From positions 51,336,001-51,400,000 of the forward strand of contig CM126223.1 of the NCBI GenBank assembly GCA_052327205.1: a stretch of DNA of 64,000 bases. Reading direction: 5' to 3'. This document shows, one piece after another, positions 10,190-23,249 of this stretch. Each line of letters starts with the position of its first letter. Within the stretch, counting starts at the first letter, position 1. Source of the DNA: Somniosus microcephalus. Its lineage: Eukaryota. The position numbers and the translations under genes are program-made. The notes beneath the pieces are model-generated. The model worked only from the letters and a program-made list of their open reading frames with translations, was not told where the DNA came from and searched no databases.

Positions 10190-13100
10190 CATTTTTAAAG
10201 GCAATGTGACCCAAATCAGCTACCTTCTCTAAGAGCTTAACCCAAACAAATGAGTTGTCAGTAATTTATTCACTATGGAAATAGTCTTGCTATTTTATCA
10301 GTGCCATGAAAGGGTCAACAAGCAATTTTGTATATAGTTTTATAGCAGGGGCCATTTTAAGCCAAGTACAAATGGTTCTAATTCAGGTTACCCTCTCCAA
10401 AAAGTGTCGACTTGGGGTTTCCACGAAAAAAAAGACAGAGCAATAGTCCACTGACTGATTTTAGAGTTTCAATATGGATATTTAAACAACATTTAAAAAT
10501 CAATTTCAAACCCCTGCTCCAGCCACAAAAAAAAAAACCAGGAGAACATTGGTATCTAAAATAGTGTTCATTTATGTACCTAATTAAAATTAGATTGGAG
10601 AAAGATCAGATATTGTCACTGAACAGTTCTGTAACAAAATTGTGGAGTACTTTTGTCCATAGTTTGTGGGTCCTTTCCAAAAGTTTCTTTGAAAAAAAAA
10701 TACCACTCAAGATAGCTTCTGCAACTAGATAATGGGAAAAATAGGTTATTTCTTTATATTAAATAGGATTACTCATGTGGCTGGGTAAACAAAAATTAAT
10801 AAGCACCTCAAAGTGCTAGAAACAACAAATGTGTATAAACAACATAATCCAAATCAGGATAGCCTGAGCATAGTCAGCAATTGTTAGACACTTTAAATGG
10901 CAATTGGGATGCCTTTCTGTATATGTTACGGAGCTTGCCGTCCATTCATTAAGTACCTTTGTCTCAGACTTGTTTCTCAAAGGCATGAAGGGATTTTAAA
11001 TGAGTCCAAGAAATAAACAGAAAGTGCTGGAAGATTATATACATCCAAAACTTTAAATGTCTTTCCTGATGCTGACAGACTTGCTGTGTATTGCCAGCAT
11101 TTTCTTTATTTCAGATTCATATTATTTGCCTTTTTATTTGTGCTTTTGATGTACCAGCTAGTTATGGATTTGACTTAGCTACAACAGATGCCGGAGCAAG
11201 ATGCAACTCCATAGGTAGGAACACCTACACAATTCCGAGAAAAACTAGCCAGTAGGAATCAGGCAGCCACTCCCTTCCGAGAAGAGTTTGCCTACCTTTT
11301 GTTTGGAAACCTTTTTTTTTATATATAAAAACAACACATTGACTGAACTGGTCACCTTTCATGAACTGGTTCAAAAGTGCTGTGCTATTCTAACTAACCA
11401 ACAACTCAGTTACTGCTTTCTGATGTAAATTACTATCAGCAAATAAACCAGTTTGGTAGTTTTATCTGCTACAAGACAGTGTTTGGTGTGACGGATATTA
11501 GTAGCCTTCTGAAGTGGCGGGCGTGTACTGAAAATCCTGGTGTGTAATCCAGGAAGAATAAACAGGTTTCATGTTCGCGCAGGGCAAGCTATCCCAGATT
11601 ACTTTGCAAACAAGGTCGCATTTCAGTTCAGAAGAAGCACACACCTGCCTTTGGGAGTTGGCTGTGTGTTGGGCACAAGTATCTGGACAGACTCAAATCA
11701 TAATTTTAATATTGCCTTCAGCAACAAAGTTGCTACTCAAGATAAATTCCTCTCCACCCTTCTAAAATCAAATCAGTCTTGTATCTGAAAAATGTAGTAG
11801 CTCCATGAACAACTTTTTTTTTAAAATACCAAAGATCTACAAGCACTCTCTCCTCTCCCCCGCAGCCCTCCTCCCTCTGAAGACACTCCTGGGGAGCTGC
11901 ACATCGCTAGTTGAATAATCCCCTGTCAGTTAATTGAATAGCAGATCTATCCATGATTATCTTGCCTAGCAGCATTGCTACAACAATGTTGGTTACTGAC
12001 TTGCATGCCACTATCAAATATTCAGCCATTTGGATGGCGAGTGTATCTACTTTCTAATGCAACCTGAAATCCAGCAAACATCCCAATATCTGGAACTATT
12101 CCCACTATAACCTGGCAGTAATTTACTGAATATGCATCAGTGAATCATCTCCTTCTCGACATCTTTAAAGCTTGTAATTAGCACTCTGCCTCATTTCATT
12201 TCAATTTATCCCTTGTAGGTACTTTTAGCTGTTTGATGAAAAGCAGGCCTGCTGTACTACCTTCTGAATTTTTGAACTGAGTTCATATTTTAACATCCCA
12301 AAAGTATAAGAAAATATGATTTGTGCAACTTTTTTTTTTTAAATCAACTACTCAGCCTCAACAGCAATTTCCTGCCCCACTACAGTTGAGTAGCCTTGCA
12401 ACACTCATCGCCCAGGCTCTCGCAGAAAGCAGCCACTTAAATGTTGCACAAACAACTTGCATTTATGTAGCACCTTTAACGTAGTAATACATCAAGGCGC
12501 TTAAACTACCCAATACACGAGTCACTATCTTCAAGAGAGACATGGAGGGAGGGAAAAAGAGGGAAAGAGAACACTGATGGAGACAGTTTTTTTTTTTTTA
12601 AGTTTATAACTTCGAAAAGGAGGGCTCGAAACTAGAGCTAAACTGTAAATGCAGATGTGAGAATAATGGTTTTTCATTTGACTGGGATGAAGAAACAAGC
12701 CGAGCCCTTGCCCACACCTGCAGAACTTCAAAAGGGAGTAGATCACTGGATGTCAACCATGATCCAGAACACTGGACAAACTTCCCCTCCTTAACAGAGA
12801 GACTTTAAGGCCAATTGTAGTGCCCCACTGCCACCCCAGCACAAACCAGGGAACAAACCTACATACTACTTGGTCTGTACAGCTCATCCATTTACTGGAT
12901 ACATTCACTGCACCGTCAGGAGCTTTTACATCTCCAAGTTAATAAGGAGGGGTAAATTTCTCATCATATGCATGAGCTTTTCAAATCAAGCTTTTTTTTG
13001 ATCAACTCTGAACACATTGAATTCTGGTAACCAGCTGCAGATCATCTCAAAACAAAGTTGCAACTATTAGGTCATAATCCTTCATTTTTCTACATCAAGT

Positions 13101-13939
13101 GTCCTCGCCAAAACCTTACACTGACCATTTAAAAAAAATAAAACTACGTGAAGTCTATATACAGGAGTTCTTTCTTCACTATAGTCTTGTCTCCAGGGTT
13201 CAGACAACCACCATAAACTGCTCCAGCTTTGGTCTTGTGGTTTAAAAGCATATCCAAACTACTCATGCTAACTGTCTTGGAAGTCATTTTTGTCCTCACG
13301 AGATATCCACATGCACATTTTGTAGCAGAGGTCAGTGGATAGAAATCAGGAGCAACCTGGATTTATTCTTTTCCTTCACCAAAAAGTGCTAAAGCCACAG
13401 CCAACCCCAGCTCAGATCAGGAATCAAAGCTAGTGCTTTCCTGGTCCATGTGGCTCAGTATCACACTAGTCTATTCACCCACATCATTCCTCCTCCTCCT
13501 CCATGTCTAACTTTGGTTCACTTATTATTTTAATACACTGAATGCTGCCAACTTCAGAGGGGAACCAGCTTAGTGCAGCTAGTAAACTTGAAAATGAGAG
13601 AGGGCATCTTCAATAAAAGGGTAGCTTAACAAACTGGTCATTTCAACTGTTTGTTTCCTCAGAGTCAGAAAAAATCCAAGTAACCTCTCCCATGGTTTGC
13701 AGCCAAAAAATAAATCAAGGGTGTCAGTTAAATCATAACTCTTACTGAATGGTTTGATTAATAGCACTGCTGGCAAGATTCCATTTTTCAAAATTGGTTT
13801 TAATTTTCCATGTGAAATGCTTCAATGCAGACGTAATGTGAACTGGTATTTAAAAGTTTGAAACTAAGGGATGACGGTCTAAATGCCAAACTGGTTTTGA
13901 GGAGACTGAAATCTCTACAAGTATATCTGAATGAACAAG

Positions 13940-13967
13940 GCACGCACGCACGCACGCACGCACACAC
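13940..13967. repeat. (GCAC)n/(AC)n microsatellite
   Basis: The sequence is GCACGCACGCACGCACGCACGCACACAC. Confidence 0.9.
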
Positions 13968-14826
13968 GTTGGATTTGAATAAACTTTTACTTTATTTACT
14001 TTTAGAATCTTCAGCCACCACGTTAACACAACAAAGATCATAGACTCCAGACTGACAGTAGCTTGTAGTTTTAGTCATACCCTTCTGGCTAGCAGCCAAC
14101 CAGCTGTCAGAGGAAAAAAGTTTGATTAACAACTATTTTAGGTTTCTTTTGCATTCTCATGCTGGGGGGGCCATGAAATCAGAAAAGACCATTTGGCCAT
14201 CAAGTTTATTCCTTCCACAGACCATGAACCTAACATGGGATGTAACCCACCCACAACATCCAAGGAAAAGCTATGGATGAATATTCTAGGATTTCAGGGG
14301 GTAATCAAGCAACATTCCATAATATCTATCCATTCCCACTGCCCACACTCTAAAGATGGGATTTTTGCTCTTGGGTGCAGCATTTTGAAATTCCCAGGAC
14401 TGAACGATTGGTAAAAGATGCCCAACTACTGGAAAAAGACTGCTCCGTCAGCAGTCTATATCAATCAATGGGAAGGGGAAGTCTTTTACACTTCTTCAGG
14501 CCCACAATGTTCAGAATGCTACATTCAATATGTGCACAAACACGCAATTGGAAAACAACGCCTAGGGCTTCAAAAGGCCAGATAACAGGAATTCAGAGGC
14601 CGGATCGAGCCCTAGGCTGTAGAGGCTAGGAAAATCCCCAAGATTAGCAATGTACATCCAACTCAATGATGCAAACCGCCTGGGAAAGTATAGTCAAGTG
14701 TTGAAATTTCAGCAAAAAAGTGAAAGTCGGCATATGTATATCAAACCCAAGTTTTCAAAAATCAAGGACTCCACAGAAGTATATTCAAATAGAAAGTAGC
14801 TCTACTGCAAGATTTGTCATTCTTAC

Positions 14827-14910
14827 CTTTTGTTCACCGGTTTCTCATCCTTTTCATATGGTTTCACAAACCACTTCCCAATCCGCACAAAGTTCCTGTG
14901 TAACAAGCAC
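14827..14910 (-). CDS. MED13: MED13/MED13L-like, coding exon 4 (84 bp)
   Basis: Boundaries are ctttcctttctgcaag|GTGCTT and AACAAAAG|gtaaga. It reads (R)[27 protein letters not shown](S), phase 2 to phase 2. It is absent from the ORF track. Confidence 0.96.
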
Positions 14911-15797
14911 CTTGCAGAAAGGAAAGAGGGGAACACAAGGTCACGGATCAAAGAGCATTTAAACTGCAACAATCTCTACAAGACACTGTAAATAGATAAA
15001 CTGATTTAAAACTTTCCTAGAAAGAAATAATACGAGAAGTTCGAATTTCTGATCCTGTGGGCTCCTGCTCAACATGCCAAGCTTACCACAGAGACACTGA
15101 GAAAGGCCCAGCCATTCCCCATGGGGAGGGAGAAGGGAAGGCCAAAAATATATTTAATCCAAGTTATCCTCATGTACTTTCAAGTGATCAGCTTTGGGCT
15201 GAGTGGCAGATTCCTTGGAATAGTTCAACCATGCGTCATGGAGACCCCCAAGTGAGAATTTTTAAGAAAATGCTGCAAATAAAAATTGACACTATTGTAA
15301 GTTACTCAAAACTCCCTGCAGTAGCCCTTCTACTGATCATTCCACTTCAAAATTAAGTCAAACACACATGCTATTTCAGTAACAGATTTTGAAACCCAGG
15401 AGAGAATCACTAAAATGTCTGCACAAAATGCATTGAAAAGCAGTCAAGACCATTTGCACTCAGGTCTACTTGCTCATTGGTTTTTCCAACTTTGCAAAAA
15501 GTTGGATTTCACAAGTCTCTTGCATGTACATTCTATCTTAGTAGAGACCATAGTGTAGGCACACTGATCAATATACCATACAGCAAAGCTCAACAGGTTG
15601 TATAGACTGGAGGTCGCAGAATTGGGATGGCCAGAGGGTGATCTTGGTAATTTGCACCATTACTGATGGTTTGCTGGAACTGTCAATGCAGCGTTGGGTT
15701 AGTTACTACTGTTTTGATCGGAGACAAAATCTTCATTCCAGCTTGAGAAAGTACACGATTCTCTCAAATCAGCAGCTCACTCTACACAAACTGCATT

Positions 15798-15837
<40 letters not shown>

Positions 15838-16209
15838 AGGGAGAAGACAAGGTAGCTGGAGTCCATCTGTCATTTCAGCAGTTACAGCTTCAAGCTGCAT
15901 TGTGGGAGAAAGCCAACACCTAGTTTTGTTTTTAAATAGCGTGTGCTGTCTCAAGAGCAAAAACTGGCACTGCCAACATTTCCTCAAAGAAAATCTGCAC
16001 CTTTTATTTTGTTACTACTACTCTTGCTACAAAGTGTAGAAGAATTTCCTACAAGTAACATAGTGGCATGCCTCGTTAAAACACCAGAACAAGTTGTGTC
16101 GGATAGGAAGCACATGGGAAATTGCCGATATGAGCAACCTAAGTGGCAAATCCCTCTTTTTAAATACACCATTAGGGCAAGACATTCACTGGAGGCCACA
16201 AACTGCAGA

Positions 16210-16863
16210 AAGGCAAAAAAAGCAAACCAAGCACACGGGTTTATTTCTAGAGAGGAATAGAATTGAAAAGTAGGGAAGTTATGCAAAACCTATATCGAAC
16301 CTTGGTTAGACCACACTTGGAGTACTGCGTGCAGTTCTGGTCACCATATTATAAAAAGGATATAGAGGCACTGGAGAAGGTGCAGAGAAGATTTACAAGG
16401 ATGATACTAGAAATGCGAGGGTATACCTATCAGGAAAGGATGAACAGGCTGGATCTCTTTTCTCTTTGAAAAAAGGCTGAGTGGTGACCTAATAGAAGTC
16501 TTTAAAATTATGAAAAATTTTGATAGAGTGGATAGAGAATGTTTCCACTTGTGGAGAAGAGCAAACCTAGAGGCCATCAATATAAGATAGTCACCAAGAA
16601 ATACAATAGGGAATTCAGAAGAAATTTCTTTACCCAGAGAGTGGTGAGAATGTGGAACTCGCTACCACAGGGAGTGGTTGAGGCAAATAGTATAGATACA
16701 TTTAAGGGGAGACTGGACAAGCATATGAGGGAGAAGGGAATAGAGGGTTACGCTGATAGATTTAGATGAGGAAAGACGGGAGGAGGCTCGAGTGGAGCAT
16801 AAATGCCGGCATAGACTGGTTGGGCTGAATGGCCTGTTTCTGCGCCATATATATCCCATGTAA
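16210..16863 (+). mobile_element. CR1 LINE 3' fragment
   Basis: ORFs include [15 protein letters not shown] and FFTQRVVRMWNSLP. It has the same tail as 8300-9680. Confidence 0.93.
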
Positions 16864-17629
16864 GAGAAAGTTTTAATCAGGGGACAAATCATTTCAGGCT
16901 GTTCTTGCAGACTGCTTGTCTGTATGAGCAGTGCCTAGTGAAAATTACTTGTCAAAAATTACTACAAGGCCCTGATGCTAAATCCACAATTTGGACAATT
17001 TTTGAACTTGGCTGTTTATAGTGACCTCTAACCACTGGAGCTAGCACAATATACATTACATATACTTGACTGATAAAGTAGAATATAAGTAGCAGCAGTT
17101 CATTTGCAATAACTTCAAAGTTAAGGCATAAGCAACCAAAGTAATTTCAACCTAGGCTTGACATTAATCAGCTGGCCATGGTGTCTGCATTCTGTTTGAA
17201 ACAGCTGATTCTCTTACTTAAAAAAAATTAAACTTGCAATTGCAAAAGGACGACAAGGCAAACAAGTAGCTCACTGAATAACAACTTGGTCTACTTCGAG
17301 ATTCTTCATTTTTGGCTCGGTCCTCTCCTGAAGGAGGTGGCTCAGACTGCAGTGAAGTTTCACGGGTGTTATCCCGATAGCTGATCTGAATAGAATAACT
17401 CTTGCTGGTGCCTGTCTGTGAATGTCAGCTACCTTCCAGCTCTTTGCTTGTGGGAAGAGTCAGGAGAATCCAACCCTGTCCTCGCCTGCTGTCCACACTC
17501 GAACAGCAGGATTCACAGGATAATAGCAATCTGTGAAAACTTCTCAACTAGCATTTTGGTAGCATGGAAAGGAAGACAGAAAACAAACAGGAAAAGCCAC
17601 AGGCAAATAAGGAATTCCACCGGGAAAGA

Positions 17630-17687
17630 AAACATTACACAGGGAGCAGAAGAGACGTAAACATTACACAGGGAGAAGAAGCGTAAA
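17630..17687. repeat. ~29-bp tandem duplication
   Basis: AAACATTACACAGGGAG(C/A)AGAAG...CGTAAA occurs twice. Confidence 0.85.
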
Positions 17688-18173
17688 TAAAAATCAACAC
17701 CCGTGTGGTTTTGAAATTGTGTACTGGAGATGCAACAAGAATAAAAATAACAAATATGATCACTACATGTAGCTGTTCAAGTAAAATGGGTGTAGATCTA
17801 GCAAGATTCACAAAAATTGAATTTAGCAGTATGGGGGGCAGGAAGAAATGTCAGAAAAAAGAAAATCTGTGTGTTTTTGATACGATAAGGTTAGGCCCGA
17901 GAGACCTGGGGGTTTGGCGGAAAGAAGAATTGAGCAATTTCTACTCGCTTTCATGTTGGCAATTGGAATTGTCTGGGTGGACGACATGGCCGTGTACATT
18001 AAAAACAGTATAATCACTTTTTGTCCCTAGCGTGAAGAGTCTTCTCGACAGACTCCCTCTCCCAAGATTCAAGGAGGACTTGGTCTTACCATGAATCTGT
18101 AAAACATGCCCAGAGAGGCCATGTTCTAAATTCTAAAAAGGATTCAACACAGACTTCAGAAGGCATCACAACA

Positions 18174-18573
18174 GTGTCAGCCATGGCTCAGTTGGTAGCA
18201 CTCTCGCCTTGGAGTCAGAAGGTTGTGGGTTCCACTCCAGAGACTTGAGCACAAAATCTAGGCTGACACTCCACATCTTTCAGATGAGACATTAAACAGA
18301 AGCCCCATCTACTCTCTCAGGTAAAAGATCCCATGACACTATTTTAAAGAACAGCAGGAGAGTTATTCTCAGTGTCCTGGCCAATATTCATCCCTCAATC
18401 AACATCTAACAGAATTTATCTGGTCATCATCACATTGTTGTTTGAGGGACCTTGCTGTGTGCAAATTGGCCTGCCTAGTATCCTACACTTCAAAATGTAC
18501 TTCATTGGCTGCAAAGCGCTTTGCGAAGTCCGGTGGTCGTGAAAGGCGCTATAGAACTGCAAGTCTTTCTTTC
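18174..18573 (+). mobile_element. SacSINE1/DeuSINE-like SINE
   Basis: It has the A box TGGCTCAGTTGG, the shared core and the tail AAAGGCGCTATAGAACTGCAAGTCTTTC. Confidence 0.88.
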
Positions 18574-19611
18574 AGTTAATCTACTCAAACTATAAAGGCC
18601 ACCCAGATGCTGACTCACATCATCAATATGCCTTATGACAAGCCAGGACAGGAAGAAAAACCAACACAGGTGTAATTTCACAACTAATATCAGGAGTTCG
18701 GTGGAAGAGGTTTGAAGAGAGATGCTTTTGGCGTAATTTTACAAGTGTACTACAAAATGCAACAGAGCCTCAAAATAATGGCCTCCCTCATCAGTCACCA
18801 TCTAGTGAGCTATTAAGAACCTTCGCTATAAAACTTACCCCTCTATTCCCAGCAGATGCTGAATAAAGAGGAGCTGATCCAGTATATTTGTCATTAATTT
18901 TTAGTTCTCTAAGAAAGTACACAAAATTGTTTTGATGTGTTGCCAATTATTTTTTCTCTTCAAATTTCCAGGATGGACTTTTGCCCGTGTGCTAAAATTA
19001 AGAATCTGGCGTGTGAGTAGCACATTTTGAAACAAAAAGTAGTCCAACAGCAAAGGAGTTAAAAGAGATGAACTCCATTGTTACATATTTCACCTAATTA
19101 AAACCAATTCCCCTCACCAGCAACTGCTGTACCTGGCTGCACAAAGTGTGTGTCATTTTTTAAAGCATACTTGTGCTCAAGAACAAATTCTTTTGGAGGG
19201 AGGGAAGTAGAAAAGAAAGCAGGATGATTTTTGACTCAGGGTGAGGGGGTGGGGGGACACACCAATTTCCAAGTTCAAGCACTGTATCTACTTCATTTGC
19301 ACCACACCCACCTCAAGTATGGAAAGTTAGTTGGCAGAACATTATTTAATATGGTCAGGCAATATTAAAAAAAAAATTTTTAAATCTCTCTGCTGAGTCA
19401 ATCTCAGCCTGGTGGCAAAAGAGCACTACTGTATAATTAGTCTCAGTGCCCTGGTTAAAGTAGCAGCAACCCCTGCTGCAAACGCATGCATAGACTCAGC
19501 TATTATGCCGTTTGTCCCCATCCCTCCTGCAAATAGCCAGTCAACACTGTCTAGGCTCGAGCACAAATGGGTAAGATACTGAGTGGGGCAAAGACAAGCA
19601 TATCTGCATTC

Positions 19612-19810
19612 AGTGCTGGAAATAGAGAGGTCAGTCAGCATATGTTAAGAGATAGGTTAACATTTAGGTGCAAGCTCCTTCCTCCAAATTGAAGATGATC
19701 TCAGGGTCTTGTACCTGAAACATTAACCAGGTTTTTCTCTACAGATGTTGAGACTGTGCATTTTTAGCATTTTCTGTTTCTGGTTCAGATTGCCAGCATT
19801 TGCGATTTTT
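19612..19810. mobile_element. Older, degenerate Penelope-terminus fold-back element
   Basis: GGTTAACATTTAGGT is inverted with ACCTGAAACATTAACC, and the flanks GTGCTGGAAAT / TTTAGCATTTTCTGTTT resemble 9981-10189. Confidence 0.6.
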
Positions 19811-19861
19811 CCCCTATTTGCATCCTAGTTGAGGACGTTTCTGTATATAGTCCAGCAAAAC

Positions 19862-19902
<41 letters not shown>

Positions 19903-20329
19903 CCTTTGTATAAATGTTTGAATTTTTGAGACGGATTTCTTAATCTTTATTTTATATTAGACTAAAGTTACTGAATCCAGCTCTCCTTTTTAAAGCTGTC
20001 CCAATTACTGCCAGAATATTAGTTTAAAAAGAGTAATGTACACCACAGGATGGAATTTTGGACTGAAAACAGCAGCTTCTCAACTTTCTGAAGACCACTC
20101 CTTTAATTCCAGACATCAAGGTAAAAACAGAAATCTATAAAACAGACATCCCACAGCCCAATACGTGAAACTCTTATAGGAATGGACAGAAATATAGCAA
20201 AATATTTTTTGCTGGATTAGAGCAGATTTTTAAAAAATATATAAATCTGCAATAGTTCTTCAGTTACAGCATGTCACAGGGCTTGCATGGTATACAATGC
20301 ATATCACAGTGTCACAGATCGTGCATGGA

Positions 20330-20740
20330 TAACAGTTTTGGTCAGACACATAAAAAGGAGACATCCAAGCGCAGGAGGCAGTTCAGAGAAGAGCCACGAT
20401 GAACCCCCTCGTGTCAGCGGTTATGAGGAAAGACTAGAGAAACTTGGGACTTTTCAGCGTTGAAAGGAGGACACCAAGATGTGATTTCATTGTAATATAC
20501 AAGATAGAAAAGGTAAATTGTGAATTTTACGTCAAACTAAACTGTGAAAGGAAGTCAAGGGACTCTGGTTTAAACTGGTAAAATGCAAATTTAGGACTGA
20601 TTTCATACAAAAGCTGGTCAATAATTGGAGTGGGCTTTCAGGTAGAGTAGTGGAATAATTTAAGAAAAAAGTAGGCGCTGCAGTGGGGAAGCTTAGGGTC
20701 GTTCTGATTTGAAGATGGGCGGAGTGGCCTTCCTCGTCCA
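20330..20740 (+). mobile_element. Old degraded CR1 3' fragment
   Basis: It parallels 2030-2480 (TATGAGGAAAGACTAGAGAAACTTGGG, TTTAGGACTGAT, GATGGGCGGAGTGGCCTTCCTCGT). Confidence 0.7.
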
Positions 20741-20749
20741 TTTGTCCAC

Positions 20750-21195
20750 TCAGCCATGGTTCAGAGGGTAGCACCCTCACCTTTGAGTCAGAAGGTTGTG
20801 GGTTCAAGTCCCACTCCAGAGACTTGAGCATATAAATCTAGGGCGATGCTGAGGGAGTGCTGCACTGTCGCAGGTGCAGTCATTCGGATGAACCGTTAAA
20901 CTGAGGCCTCATCCACTCGCTCGGGTGGACGTAAAAGATCCCGTGGCACTATTTCGAAGAGCAGGGGAGTTCTCCCCGGTGTCCTGGCCAATATTTATCC
21001 CTCAATCAACATCACTAAACAGATTATCTGGTCATTATCACATTGCGGTTTGTGGGAGCTTGCTGTGTGCAAATTGGCTGCCGCATTTCCTACATTACAA
21101 CAGTGACTACACTTCAAAAAATACTTCATTGGTTGTAAAGTGCTTTGGGATGTTTGGTGGTCATAAAAGGCATTATATAAATGCAAGTCTTTTTT
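20750..21195 (+). mobile_element. SacSINE1/DeuSINE-like SINE
   Basis: It has the B box GGTTCAAGTCC, the shared core and the tail. Confidence 0.9.
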
Positions 21196-22745
21196 ATATC
21201 TATCTTGCAGGCATTGGCAACCATAAGCGGTAATTGTATACCGTACACATGTCTGGCATAACAACTAATTTCTTCAGTCAGGTGGATCAACACAATGTTC
21301 ATCCTATATGGTGCCTGGGCTACATGTCGAATGCTGATTTATCAGTCGATTATTGACTAAGCCAGAAACAGACTAGATTCTGGCAAATTTCTCTTGGCCC
21401 AAGCCTGAGCACATGATTTTAATTTTAAGCTTGGTTCATTTTTAATACTGTAAATTAAATATAATTAAATGCAGCTGACATACTCAAAGCACAATGTCTG
21501 CCAATTACCAAATCAGTGATTGACACAAGTTTCACAATACATTTATTAAACTGGAGTAAAAGGCTGCTTAACTGGAAAAAAGGGATTTAAAAAAGTGTTA
21601 CAACCTTGCGTGTGAAATCCTTATTAGTTTATCAAGCATTTAGCCATGAGTGGCAAGGAGCAGCCCTATTGTTTATGTACTGAATTATATAATAATCTGG
21701 CAGGGCACCATTCAATTGGCAAAAGAGGAATAGAAAATACAGGGATGTCCCAGCTTTTGGTTAGGACACTACCAACCTCCAATTATATCCAAGACTGGGA
21801 CGGAGTTAAACTGCATTAAGCAAATTAGAACAGGTAAAGCTCAACTACAGGAGATAAAAATATGAAATTTACCAAAGAAAATACTAAAGTTAGAAAATAA
21901 TGCATCTAATATAGACAAAGGGTCTCAGTTATGGATGGGGCGGGGGAGGAGGGTGTTTAAGGCAGATAGTCTCGATATGCTATCCGCACGACAAGATGCA
22001 ATGCAAAAATCAATTCATAGCTGAGAATATGAAAATATGTTGTAAGCGACTGGGGGTGGGGGGGGGGTTGTGTGATGAATTGCAACATAGCCCTCTGAAA
22101 CCTAGGCCCCAATCCATCTTGGACTGCTCAAATGAAAACCTCCTCTCTGATGTCTGTTCATGTAATGAGCTTAGGACCCTAGCAATCCAGCTACAAGCAA
22201 ACAGGAGTCCAAAACACATGACTACCCCTAATTTGGCACACTTTGGGAAGCTCACTCAAAAGACGAGAGATTACTGGTACAGGAAATGGCAAGGTCACGA
22301 GTGCAATGAAATTCTTCTGCAAGTGGTTAAGATGCATTGCTGGGGCAAGTGTAACAAACTATTTCCTCTGCATCTTATCTACATTGTAACTGTATTACTA
22401 GTATCCCCAAATTGTTCAATGAAAATACTGATGCAAAATATTAACATTTACAAAAGCATCCAACTTTCTTCATCACAAACTTCAACCTTCCAACCCCCCA
22501 ACCACACCTCAGCCCAATTTTCCTCAAACATTTTTCAGTTTGAATTCAGGAAGATTGGGGTTTTACCCTAGAAAGGAGTAACGATGACATGGCAGAAAAA
22601 AATTTGTATACAAAAATCTAGCCTTTTTCAAAATCATCAGGGATGGGTTTAAAGTTCTGTGATCAGTCGAGTAAGTCAATAATAGGCATGGCAAGTAAGC
22701 TCCACTGTATTTCAAACAGCTGTTGTAGGATATTATAGCACATAC

Positions 22746-22830
22746 CTTTCCAGCAAGTTGTGAATGGCCTTAAAAAGCAGTGTTCGGCACTCATAAGACA
22801 GTCCCTGTTCCCACAATCCATCCTCTTCAA
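22746..22830 (-). CDS. MED13: MED13/MED13L-like, coding exon 3 (85 bp)
   Basis: Boundaries are tttcattttgcag|TTGAAG and GGAAAG|gtatg. With the G from exon 2 it reads [29 protein letters not shown], phase 1 to phase 2. It is absent from the ORF track. Confidence 0.96.
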
Positions 22831-23005
22831 CTGCAAAATGAAAAAGCAATTAAAAAGTTAACACCTGACAAAATGTAATTTAAAAAGAAAAAAAATCTAC
22901 ATACTGAAGACAACTTTCATTGTTATCACAGGAAAATAAAAAGTTGATCATAGCCATTCCGACTGCTGCTCTCCCTGCCATCCCTCTTCATGAGACCACT
23001 TAGAT

Positions 23006-23249
23006 CAGGGGTGTCCAAACTGTGGCCCACAATCATATGCAACCGAGTCATAGTTGCACTTATATTTCTTGTTCACTATTTTATTCTATTTAAATTTTCT
23101 GCATCTAGTGATGTTCTGCGCTGTTGGTGCATTAGAGAATTAGTCCCAATTCAACTTGACCTAGGTGAAAATGAATGGAAACATGGATTTAAACTTCATA
23201 TTCTATGCACCTATGCAGCCCACAAAAGCAAAAAGATTCGACACCCCTG
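23006..23249. mobile_element. hAT (Charlie-type) MITE
   Basis: The TIRs CAGGGGTGTCCAAAC and GATTCGACACCCCTG are 13/15 complementary. The 8-bp flanks ACTTAGAT and ACTTGAAT (6/8) fit a decayed hAT TSD. Confidence 0.7.

Noticed and set aside
1-14826. Exon 5 of the MED13-family gene (expected EHLSCxFTFFLHGxSNVCTSVEI)
   Set aside because: A manual scan of His-Gly codon positions on the minus strand found no match, so it probably lies outside the window.
21996-22571. 191-aa + strand ORF (also 25406-25828 and 31193-31603)
   Set aside because: It shows no recognisable homology, exon structure or coding-like composition and lies antisense within an intron, so it is treated as a chance ORF.
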